Positions 27,168 through 35,566 of a DNA stretch of 64,000 nucleotides are shown piece by piece. A program made the position numbers and the translations under genes. Positions within the stretch are counted from its first letter, which is position 1; each line of letters starts with the position of its first letter. The notes under the pieces are model-generated. The model was not told the DNA's origin. It ran no database searches and saw only the letters and a list, made by a program, of their open reading frames with translations. Source of the stretch: a virus (lineage: Duplodnaviria; Caudoviricetes); the IMG/VR virus record IMGVR_UViG_3300025141_000018; one strand, 5' to 3'.

Positions 27168-27398
27168 TATAAGGCATTGGTGTACCTAATTTGGAGCCAA
27201 TGCCTTATACGAAGAATAAAGTCCTTAGTTCGGGCCTCAGGGCGACCCCATCTATTGTGCCGGCTAAGGATTACGATATTCTGTCGGCGTGACGCTATCA
27301 CACCCCGCAAGGGTCGAAAAAACCTTATTCGTTGTAAGGGGAAACACCCTATCACGTTTCATTTTCATGCGTAGGATCATAGTGAGAGCCTACTGCAT
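27168..27398 (-). ncRNA. candidate structured RNA between tRNA-Thr and tRNA-Asp
   Basis: GC-richer multi-helix segment flanked by two hairpins, one a perfect 13-bp stem. Confidence 0.5.
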
Positions 27399-27402
27399 TC
27401 TT

Positions 27403-27478
27403 TGGAGCTGGTGACAGGAATTGAACCCGTGACCTATTGATTACAAATCAATTGCTCTACCGACTGAGCTACACCAGC
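27403..27478 (-). tRNA. tRNA-Thr(UGU)
   Basis: GCTGGTG/CACCAGC acceptor stem, ATTGA-TTTGTAA-TCAAT anticodon arm, encoded CCA. Confidence 0.95.
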
Positions 27479-27480
27479 CG

Positions 27481-27807
27481 CTATTCAACACATCCTAATG
27501 TTTCGTATTTTATTTGCTTCCACGACTTTTTTTCTTCATTATATTTTAATCGTATCATGTTGCCGTGCTTATCACAGTGATGAGAATATATTGAATTTTG
27601 CATAGTAAAAAACCCAGCACTTGTTAATCCTTGTAATTTCTCTCTAGGCAAAAACTGTGAAGCAACTACCCACTTAGGTGGATATTCTTCTTCCATTGGA
27701 GCACATGCAATTACAAATAATACTCCGCTAATTATTAAGGTACTCTTCCAATTCGTTAAATTGACCAATGTACTTACCATCCATAATAATTTGTGGCAAT
27801 TTGCCAC
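27481..27807 (-). CDS. putative lipoprotein (true start probably a downstream TTG)
   Basis: Hydrophobic stretch ending in lipobox-like VIA-C. Confidence 0.5.
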   Translation of the reverse strand: MANCHKLLWMVSTLVNLTNWKSTLIISGVLFVIACAPMEEEYPPKWVVASQFLPREKLQGLTSAGFFTMQNSIYSHHCDKHGNMIRLKYNEEKKSWKQIKYETLGCVE

Positions 27808-27970
27808 TCTTTGTTACACGAAATAATTCACCAAATAATTTTTTATCAGACTCAATTAGTGTATATGGTATTTCTTTTTCATCTAATAATTCTTTAGCCT
27901 TATCGCACCATTCACATTCTGGTACTTTCTTATGTTTTATTATTACGTTTCCTGTTATTTTTAAATCCAT
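27728..27970 (-). CDS. glutaredoxin
   Basis: CEWC active site, LPQII, YIGQFNEL. Confidence 0.85.
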   Translation of the reverse strand: MDLKITGNVIIKHKKVPECEWCDKAKELLDEKEIPYTLIESDKKLFGELFRVTKSGKLPQIIMDGKYIGQFNELEEYLNN

Positions 27971-27987
27971 TACAATCTCTTTAAAGT

Positions 27988-28071
27988 TGGTGGGCAGGGG
28001 TGGAGTCGAACCACCACAGCATTAAGCGGCAGATTTACAGTCTGTTGAGCTCACCTATGCTCAGCCTCCCC
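27988..28071 (-). tRNA. tRNA-Tyr(GUA), with non-canonical positions
   Basis: CTGTAAA anticodon loop, long variable arm, GGTGG-TTCGACT-CCACC T arm, A73 and CCA. Confidence 0.85.
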
Positions 28072-28081
28072 ATTACTATAT

Positions 28082-28110
28082 AGTATATGATATTTACTAA
28101 TATATGTCGA
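28082..28110 (-). promoter_or_regulatory. sigma70-like promoter for the tRNA cluster
   Basis: ggTCGACA-N17-TATACT about 10 nt upstream of tRNA-Tyr. Confidence 0.55.
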
Positions 28111-28122
28111 CCGAATTATGTA

Positions 28123-29127
28123 TTAAGTGAAATTGATATTGTGGATTGCATCCATTTTATCTGATTCGCATCCACAATTCTTTTTGCATAACATGTTAGG
28201 TTTAAATTTTATTAAATGATCTATTTTTTTAAATTTGTTGCCGTTAATTATATCATAAAACGAATGATGTTTAAGACTTATTTCATCTGATTGGCTTGAT
28301 GTTACTAATGATGCTAACCGTCGTACCCGCGGATCATCTTCTACCATATCGCCCCATAAATCACAACATGGATACACTTTTGAATCGCATCCAATAAAAT
28401 AATATTGCTCCCCGTCACTATTAAGATGTCTACATTCAACAGTTTTATAATGTTTAAAATGTGAGACATAATCAGTTTTAAAATCAACATGTGGTTTTGG
28501 TTTATATTCTTTTGGTATTTTAAAAATAGCAGTTCTTGATTCTCTTTCTGTTACTCTATTAGGATGGATAAAGAAGGATACAAATCCTAACCGTCTTGCA
28601 AGTTTTTCCATATTTCTATAATCACCCATATTTTTTTCAAAGAAAACTACTTTCCAAACTGCTTTTCCTCCGCTCTCAGTAAATGCTCTCATATTTCCAA
28701 TAATTTTTTCCCAATCAGTACCTCGACGATATATAGCATTACGATTTCCATATGCATCAACCGAAAAAAACATTTTTCGATTTTTTGTATTCAAATACTT
28801 TGCTAATTCTTTATAAAGTTTCTCGTGCTTTAATGATCCATTTGTTTTAAGTTCAACTTCAGCATTTTCAACTTGTGCGGCAGAAGTTATAAGTTTTAAA
28901 ATATTTGGATGAGCCATAGGATCACCATATGATCCTTGAAAATCAAATTTAATCTTAGGCTCTTTAATTGAACGACAAAGTTTATCAAACGCTTTAATAT
29001 CTAATATTTCTTTAGATAATACTGGAGCTCTATTATATATTTCTAAGCGACCTTGATCAAATGTAAACTTAGAACAAAAAGGACATTGTGCATTACAAAT
29101 TCCTGTTGTTTCTATTTCTAGTTCCAT
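28123..29127 (-). CDS. second radical SAM/SPASM-like protein
   Basis: CNAQCPFC, GDPMAHP, KTNGS, FSVDA, VYPCC and C-terminal CKKNCGC. Confidence 0.9.
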   Translation of the reverse strand: MELEIETTGICNAQCPFCSKFTFDQGRLEIYNRAPVLSKEILDIKAFDKLCRSIKEPKIKFDFQGSYGDPMAHPNILKLITSAAQVENAEVELKTNGSLKHEKLYKELAKYLNTKNRKMFFSVDAYGNRNAIYRRGTDWEKIIGNMRAFTESGGKAVWKVVFFEKNMGDYRNMEKLARRLGFVSFFIHPNRVTERESRTAIFKIPKEYKPKPHVDFKTDYVSHFKHYKTVECRHLNSDGEQYYFIGCDSKVYPCCDLWGDMVEDDPRVRRLASLVTSSQSDEISLKHHSFYDIINGNKFKKIDHLIKFKPNMLCKKNCGCESDKMDAIHNINFT

Positions 29128-29945
29128 ATTTCTTTTAACTTATTTGCAACAAATTTATGTACAACTTCGTTTTGATGTCCGCACGAACATGTTTCTGTGT
29201 CCCACGATTCTTTACTAAAATCATTAAAGTAAGATTTTTTAACACTTGTAAGTAAACTAGATGGAACATGTTGTTCTATAATAGATTGCCATCCTGGAAG
29301 TATATTACTTCTAAAATCGCCATGCCAACCAAAAAATATAAATTTACAATTATGTTTATCACATATTGCTTTCATCATACAAATTAATGCAAATTGATCT
29401 ACAACAAAACTTGTGCTAAAAATCCAATGTTTAGAAGCACCTTTTGCTAATCGTTCTGCTTCATCAGTGTATTCTTTAAGTCCTCGTTCCTCCATGTGTC
29501 CTCTAACACGTTTATTAATACTATTTGGAGAACCATAACCGGTATTCCACCATGAAGGAGCAATAGGAACATAAAATCCTGGTAAGTTATTATTCTCAAA
29601 AGGATAATCACCTGATTCGTATAACTCTCTTGTTACTAGTTTTTGATTATCTAGTTCTTCATGTAAATCTGTAATGTTTTTAGGAGAAGATAATCCATCA
29701 AAACTTATACTTGCCCTAGGACGGGTTGGATGATTTAGTTCAATTATTACTGTACTATTCGGTTTAATGTAATAGTCCAACATTATTGCTAATTCTTGAT
29801 TTGTAATAGCAATACATGATAAATTTTCTACATCTACATTTTTTTGTTCTGCAAGTACATATGGCCATGTTTTTTGTATGTCCATGGCTACGTAATCACC
29901 ACAACAACCAAACGTATTACTAGTACCAAATGCTTGTATTAACAT
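29118..29945 (-). CDS. SGNH/GDSL hydrolase-like protein
   Basis: FGTSNTFG block I and C-terminal CGHQNEVVH. Confidence 0.55.
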   Translation of the reverse strand: MLIQAFGTSNTFGCCGDYVAMDIQKTWPYVLAEQKNVDVENLSCIAITNQELAIMLDYYIKPNSTVIIELNHPTRPRASISFDGLSSPKNITDLHEELDNQKLVTRELYESGDYPFENNNLPGFYVPIAPSWWNTGYGSPNSINKRVRGHMEERGLKEYTDEAERLAKGASKHWIFSTSFVVDQFALICMMKAICDKHNCKFIFFGWHGDFRSNILPGWQSIIEQHVPSSLLTSVKKSYFNDFSKESWDTETCSCGHQNEVVHKFVANKLKEIWN

Positions 29946-29968
29946 GATTCTTTAAGGGACAGGTTACG

Positions 29969-29980
29969 ATAAATATTTAT
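29969..29980. promoter_or_regulatory. palindromic bidirectional late box
   Basis: ATAAATATTTAT is a perfect 12-bp palindrome between divergent genes. Confidence 0.55.
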
Positions 29981-31018
29981 ATGCCTAGATTAAGTTTATA
30001 TAAACCGACGAAAACGAACGATTACTATTTCATGGATAAAACCATCGCTGAGCAGTTTCTAATTGGTGGTACAGAAATACTTATCCACAAATATATTGGC
30101 GTTGAAGAAATACACGATGATGATCCTGTAATACAGAATCCTGGTGCGTTAGACAAAGCAACCAAAGAAACTATTATACAAGATTTGTTATTTTTAGAGA
30201 ATCGTGACAGAAAATACGACCAAGATATATATGATTTACGTGCGATTTATAATGTCGGCGATAACGACTTTGATTTAAGTCAGTTTGGTTTTTTTCTTAC
30301 TGCTGATGTATTATACATGAATTTTCATCTTAATACAATGGTAGATATTATGGGCAGAAAGATAATGCCCGGTGATGTATTTGAACTTCCTCATTTACGT
30401 GATGATTTATTGTTAGATGTTGATGCTAAAGCAATAAACAAATTTTATATTGTACAAGATGCTAACAGGGCATCTGAAGGCTTTTCACAAACATGGTATC
30501 CCCATATATGGCGTGTAAAATGTAGCCCACTGATAGATTCACAGGAATACAAAGATATATTAGGTACACACGACGACGATGATAGTCTTAAAAATATGCT
30601 TTCAACATATACAAAAGAAATCGAAATTAATGATGCAGTTGTAGCGGCGGCAGTAAAAGAAAACCCAGATAATGAACCGGCTAATAAACACCTAGCAAAT
30701 GCAACATATCCTGGTGAATGGAATGCAACAGATGATTGGGGTGAAGCAATATCCGAAGTTACCCAATTTCCTGCAAGTCCAGCAATGGGGGATATTGTTA
30801 TACGTTCTGATTTTTCACCAAAACGAATGTTTGAATTTACTGGACAAAAATGGCAACGAAGATTTGATAACGACGAAACTAATAAGTGGGAAAAATCAAC
30901 TTATCCGGCGTGGGATTTTACAAACAATCAAGAAGATCCAATCATCGATGGCGAAACTATTGAAGGGGCAGAAGGGCTTAGTCAAGCAATTAAACCTAAA
31001 GACACGGATCCAACATAA
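29981..31018 (+). CDS. gp14: neck protein (T4 gp14-like)
   Basis: MPRLSLYKP, DLLFLENRDRKYD, FDLSQFG, GRKIMPGDVFELPHL, WYPHIWRVK. Confidence 0.82.
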   Translation: MPRLSLYKPTKTNDYYFMDKTIAEQFLIGGTEILIHKYIGVEEIHDDDPVIQNPGALDKATKETIIQDLLFLENRDRKYDQDIYDLRAIYNVGDNDFDLSQFGFFLTADVLYMNFHLNTMVDIMGRKIMPGDVFELPHLRDDLLLDVDAKAINKFYIVQDANRASEGFSQTWYPHIWRVKCSPLIDSQEYKDILGTHDDDDSLKNMLSTYTKEIEINDAVVAAAVKENPDNEPANKHLANATYPGEWNATDDWGEAISEVTQFPASPAMGDIVIRSDFSPKRMFEFTGQKWQRRFDNDETNKWEKSTYPAWDFTNNQEDPIIDGETIEGAEGLSQAIKPKDTDPT

Positions 31019-32379
31019 TGCAATATTTTTACGACAAACAAATAAGAAGATATATACAACAATTTTTAAGGTTGTTTAATAACTTCTCTGTACAAATGGG
31101 ACATAACGATGTAGGCGAAGCCGAATACTTACGAGTACCTGTTAGGTATGCTAGTAAAGAACGCATGACATCTGCTATTTTAAAGAACAATAGTGAAAAT
31201 GTTGTTAATACTGTTCCTCTTATGGTAGGTTATGTTTCTAATATGCAAATGACTCCTGAAATGAGAATGTATCAAAACCATGAAGAAAAAGTTCAAGTAT
31301 ATGAAAAGAAATTTAACTATGGTACTGATGCATACGAAGATAAAGTAGGACAAACATATACAGTTGAAAGGCATATGCCTGTTCCATATAAGTTATTAAT
31401 GAACTTGGATATATGGACTAGCAACATGGATCAAAAGTTACAACTATTTGAACAAATAATGGTTATTTTTAATCCTACACTTAATATTAAATCTAGCAAC
31501 AATCCACTTGATTGGAGCAGTTTATCATATGTTCAATTAACTGAAGTTAATTTTACAACTCAAAGTATTCCATTAGGAACCGATGATGTTATTGATGTTG
31601 GAACACTAACATTTGAAATGCCTATTTTTATTAATCCTCCAGCGAAAATAAAAAAGCAAACAATAATTCATACTATTCTTACTGACATGGATGTGGTTGC
31701 AACAGGCGAATTAGAAGAATGGGAAGGTAGCAGTCCGGTATGGGATGCTTCAAATCAACATCAAACATATGTTATTGTCTCGGAAGAAAATTATCATGCT
31801 AAAGTTGCTGATAACGGAATACAGTTATTAGGTAGTGATTTAGCATCAACAGATGCAAGCGGTAATCCTTTAAGTTGGGCTACTGTACTTAAAGCATATG
31901 GTGAACTTAGTGCAGGTATAAGTCAATTAAGATTTAGAAATACAACAGATCCTGCTGATTCAAGTGCTGATATTTTAGGAACAATATCATTTAATAGCGG
32001 AGATGTAAACTTACTTGATATAACTTTTGATACAGATACATATCCAGCAACCACACTTACTGCAATTACTGGCATTGTCGATCCTCACATTAATAAACCC
32101 GGAGACGGAACACTTGCCGCGGCAACATTAGGACAAAGATATTTGCTTACAAATGATGTAGGTATTATTACTGAATGGAGTTCTTTAGATGCCGATAAAG
32201 ATGATATTATAGAATACAACGGATCTGCATGGATTAAAAGTTTTGATGCAAGTGCTACGAGTGCGGTTAATCACTTACTAAACAATGCCGATAGTAAACG
32301 ATACAAGTGGACTGGAACTGCTTGGCTTAATGCTATTGAAGGTACTTATAAACCAGGCTACTGGCGAATTTACTTATAA
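31018..32379 (+). CDS. gp15: tail terminator / sheath stabiliser (T4 gp15-like) with a C-terminal extension
   Basis: YFYDKQIRRYIQQF, RVPVRY, MPVPY.L.M.LDIW, QLFEQI.VIFNP, TLTFEMPIFI. Confidence 0.82.
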   Translation: MQYFYDKQIRRYIQQFLRLFNNFSVQMGHNDVGEAEYLRVPVRYASKERMTSAILKNNSENVVNTVPLMVGYVSNMQMTPEMRMYQNHEEKVQVYEKKFNYGTDAYEDKVGQTYTVERHMPVPYKLLMNLDIWTSNMDQKLQLFEQIMVIFNPTLNIKSSNNPLDWSSLSYVQLTEVNFTTQSIPLGTDDVIDVGTLTFEMPIFINPPAKIKKQTIIHTILTDMDVVATGELEEWEGSSPVWDASNQHQTYVIVSEENYHAKVADNGIQLLGSDLASTDASGNPLSWATVLKAYGELSAGISQLRFRNTTDPADSSADILGTISFNSGDVNLLDITFDTDTYPATTLTAITGIVDPHINKPGDGTLAAATLGQRYLLTNDVGIITEWSSLDADKDDIIEYNGSAWIKSFDASATSAVNHLLNNADSKRYKWTGTAWLNAIEGTYKPGYWRIYL

Positions 32380-32385
32380 ACTAAC

Positions 32386-32853
32386 ATGTTATATAAAGCG
32401 GCAGGATGTCTTATATATTCGGTATCCACAGAACGATTTTGCCTACAACTTCGAAAAAATAAAAAAGCAAATACTAATTCGTGGGGTACTTGGGGCGGTC
32501 AATTAGAACAAAACGAAAAGCCCATGGACGGCATGTTACGTGAAATACAAGAAGAACTTTCTAGAGATATACAAATATCTAAAATAATACATCTAAACAC
32601 TTATCGTAATAAAGACTTTTCATATACAAATTATATTATGTTAGTTCGCAACGAATTTATACCTACTTTAAATAGCGAAAGTGATGGATACTCGTGGGTC
32701 AATATACATAGCATACCTGCAGGTTTGCACCATGGAACAAAAAGACTTTTCGAAACGGCTAAGATTAGGAAGAAAATTGAAAAAATAACAGGAAATTATA
32801 ATATAAACAAGGCATTATACGATTATATTAAAAGAAATGAATTAGGATCGTGA
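32386..32853 (+). CDS. NUDIX hydrolase
   Basis: Nudix box GGQLEQNEKPMDGMLREIQEEL. Confidence 0.85.
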   Translation: MLYKAAGCLIYSVSTERFCLQLRKNKKANTNSWGTWGGQLEQNEKPMDGMLREIQEELSRDIQISKIIHLNTYRNKDFSYTNYIMLVRNEFIPTLNSESDGYSWVNIHSIPAGLHHGTKRLFETAKIRKKIEKITGNYNINKALYDYIKRNELGS

Positions 32854-33396
32854 AGAATTACCACCAAAAGTATCACTTAAATCAACGTTAGTATTACCTA
32901 TGGAACCGCCATCTTCTGAGTGTCTATCTGATTGTAAACTACTAAAAGTAACATTAGAAAGAGACTTACCTTGTAAGCCTGCTACGTCACTAACTGCTAA
33001 TGCACTACCAGTTGCTGGCAAAGGATTGTAAGTATCAGGATTACCGGAGTCACCAACATGAATGGTGTTACCATAACTTTCGCCGCCTGCGACAGAATAA
33101 TAAATAAAATTTAATGCGTGGTTAGCTCCTGAATCATATTCAGGAACATAATTTGAACCAACCGCCCATTCAGTATATGCACTAGCAGAGCCAGCCGTGC
33201 CACTAGTTGTTACACCAGTTGTCCAAGTTGACCCGCTGGGCCAGTTTTTAAATTTAAGTGTGTGTCCACTATTACTTGAATGAGACTGATCAAATTTATA
33301 AGTTTTACCTTCGTCAAGGCTAATTGCAGGAGCCTGTTGAGATCCTAAATAAAATTTACTGCCTGAAACAGTAACAACGAACGTAACGTCAGCCAT
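32842..33396 (-). CDS. virion-type beta-sandwich protein (cupredoxin-like, ligands degenerate)
   Basis: LDEGKTYKFDQSHSSNSGHTLKF motif, related to a domain in the 1341-aa fibre. Confidence 0.6.
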   Translation of the reverse strand: MADVTFVVTVSGSKFYLGSQQAPAISLDEGKTYKFDQSHSSNSGHTLKFKNWPSGSTWTTGVTTSGTAGSASAYTEWAVGSNYVPEYDSGANHALNFIYYSVAGGESYGNTIHVGDSGNPDTYNPLPATGSALAVSDVAGLQGKSLSNVTFSSLQSDRHSEDGGSIGNTNVDLSDTFGGNSSRS

Positions 33397-33419
33397 AAAT
33401 TATTCCTTACTTCTAATAT

Positions 33420-34523
33420 TTATCTGTTCACTTCTTTAATGAATTCGTCCTTTAGCCAATTGTAATCATTTATTAATAACATATTATTATCTTGATTACT
33501 ACCAAATTCCTTACCAGCAATAGCACCTTTAATACAATATTTTCCAAATTTTTCTTCTTCACCTTTTGTACACCATGCATTTAACCGTTCTTCACTTTCA
33601 TTACTATTATTACCAAAGTAATTAGAACCACGTGCAAGTTTTGCACATTCTCTAAATGCAGTACGCCAGGCACTTAATGGGTCAATATTAAATTGATGTA
33701 TATTACTTACTTCTTCTACCTGTACAAAATTTGCCAACGAACTCATTGTCATATCTATATTATCAGAATGTAACGTTTCTAATATTGATTTAGGCATTAA
33801 TTTAACTGCTCCATGGCCATATACTAATCCATTTATAGGATTTTTTGCTTGCCAAATATAAACTGTATTATTACGTTTACTTTCGGGTGGTTGATAATCA
33901 AATTCAAATGTATCTAGTAACCTTGCATCGGCATCAATAATCCATACCATTTCTGAATTAGACTGTCTACCAACTTCTTTATGTGCATTTATAATACCAG
34001 TAATTTGCTCTATTCTTTTTGCTGATGGTGCTTTATATTTTAATAATTTAAAATTTACATCAGCATATCGTTCATCGTAAGATAAAAATGCAACATCAAA
34101 ATTAGAACTACTTACACTGGCTCCGTATTCTTTTTTAACTTTAGATAAAGATAATAATTTAGCATGGGGTAGATTAGGAATTAAACGTACACAATCCCAT
34201 GTAATAACTTTTCCTGTTGCAGAACTTGTGCGAGGAAATTCCCATATATGATTCATTGCAACAGATTTACGAGGACGCCAGTGCCAAGGAAAATCACTAC
34301 GTATGTTATATTTTTTATTAATTAACCAAATTAAATCTGTTTTTGCTTCTGGTATATTTGACAAATCCGTAACTGTCTCTACATAAATTTTTTCTGCATT
34401 GTTTAAACTTATTGATTTCCATACAAGTCTATCAATAGTAAAAGGATTATCAGGATACTCTAATATTGTATTATGTGTTAACCGTTTGCGAGTTGTTATA
34501 TTAGTCCAAATATTGTTCTTCAT
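33420..34523 (-). CDS. glycosyltransferase-like protein (GT-A)
   Basis: WIIDADA (DxD), GLVYGHGAVKL, AWRTAFRECAKL. Confidence 0.65.
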   Translation of the reverse strand: MKNNIWTNITTRKRLTHNTILEYPDNPFTIDRLVWKSISLNNAEKIYVETVTDLSNIPEAKTDLIWLINKKYNIRSDFPWHWRPRKSVAMNHIWEFPRTSSATGKVITWDCVRLIPNLPHAKLLSLSKVKKEYGASVSSSNFDVAFLSYDERYADVNFKLLKYKAPSAKRIEQITGIINAHKEVGRQSNSEMVWIIDADARLLDTFEFDYQPPESKRNNTVYIWQAKNPINGLVYGHGAVKLMPKSILETLHSDNIDMTMSSLANFVQVEEVSNIHQFNIDPLSAWRTAFRECAKLARGSNYFGNNSNESEERLNAWCTKGEEEKFGKYCIKGAIAGKEFGSNQDNNMLLINDYNWLKDEFIKEVNR

Positions 34524-35115
34524 TTATATCTCTATAGGAAAATGCTTTTATGCCGATATGTTGTAATTGTTGACTTACATCTTTATCACAATAAACTTTC
34601 ATTAAGGTTTTTTTACAAAAATATATATCTTCTCCGTGTTCGGGAGTAAATTGAAACCAAGGTGGTTCTGTTTGCTTGAACGTATTTATTGATATCAACA
34701 TACACCCCATTCCACATGCTTCTATTTCAAATAACTTAGGCCCGTTCTTACTAATATGTACTCTATCAAAGGAATTAGTTGAATATGAATAAAAGCCAGT
34801 ACTATTAATTGGGGGATACCGAGTAGGATATATGCCTGCCACTATATCTTTATTATGTGCTAAAAATAGTTCTATTAAATTATCTGGAAATATAATATCA
34901 CCATCTAACCATAAAATATGCGTGGCATCAAGTTGTATAGCATCCTTAACAAGTTCATTTCGATTACGTGCTAAATCACTACCTGATCTTATTTTAAGAT
35001 GTATATCAAGTCCGATTCTTCCTGCTCGTAAAAATAACTTTGCTAGTCTATCAGCAAATTGTGCATAAACTTGATCATGAACAGGAATACATACACAAAT
35101 TCTAAGTTGTTCCAC
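34501..35115 (-). CDS. family-2-like glycosyltransferase
   Basis: LARNRNELV, ILWLDGDIIFP, ACGMGCMLI, GEDIYFC. Confidence 0.8.
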   Translation of the reverse strand: MEQLRICVCIPVHDQVYAQFADRLAKLFLRAGRIGLDIHLKIRSGSDLARNRNELVKDAIQLDATHILWLDGDIIFPDNLIELFLAHNKDIVAGIYPTRYPPINSTGFYSYSTNSFDRVHISKNGPKLFEIEACGMGCMLISINTFKQTEPPWFQFTPEHGEDIYFCKKTLMKVYCDKDVSQQLQHIGIKAFSYRDINEEQYLD

Positions 35116-35566
35116 TTGTAAGTGCTAATTCTATATCTTTAATTTCTTTATTCATGGCTGTAACTTTTAGCAAACATTCTCTAATAGTTCTATACATAAC
35201 ATTATTAGGCAGGCATGCAATAGCATCCATTGTTTCTGGTTGCAATTTACCAATAGTTAAAATATCAATAGCACCCATTTTGCCAAGTTTTTCAACCCAA
35301 TACTGTTCTTCCTCATCTTCAAGTTGTCCTAATATTTCATTAGTACCTGATCCATCAGGTACAAGATCATTTAAAATTTCTTGAAATATTTCTATTTCAA
35401 CTTCTGCGGTAGCATCACCTTGCATTTCAAGTTTTTCAATCTCTTGAACTATCGAAGCAATTTTCCTTGCTAATCCAGGATGCCTGCCTAATAATAAATG
35501 TTCAATTTCAAATCTTGTTCGATGAGGAACAAACTGAATTTCTTCCCATTTTTTCTCAGTGCTCAT
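35102..35566 (-). CDS. helical hypothetical protein
   Basis: 154-aa ORF coupled within the GT operon. Confidence 0.65.
   Translation of the reverse strand: MSTEKKWEEIQFVPHRTRFEIEHLLLGRHPGLARKIASIVQEIEKLEMQGDATAEVEIEIFQEILNDLVPDGSGTNEILGQLEDEEEQYWVEKLGKMGAIDILTIGKLQPETMDAIACLPNNVMYRTIRECLLKVTAMNKEIKDIELALTSGTT

Noticed and set aside
27149-27374. Overlapping 68-aa and 72-aa ORFs between the tRNAs
   Set aside because: They overlap tRNA-Asp or lack an RBS; the region is better explained as structured RNA
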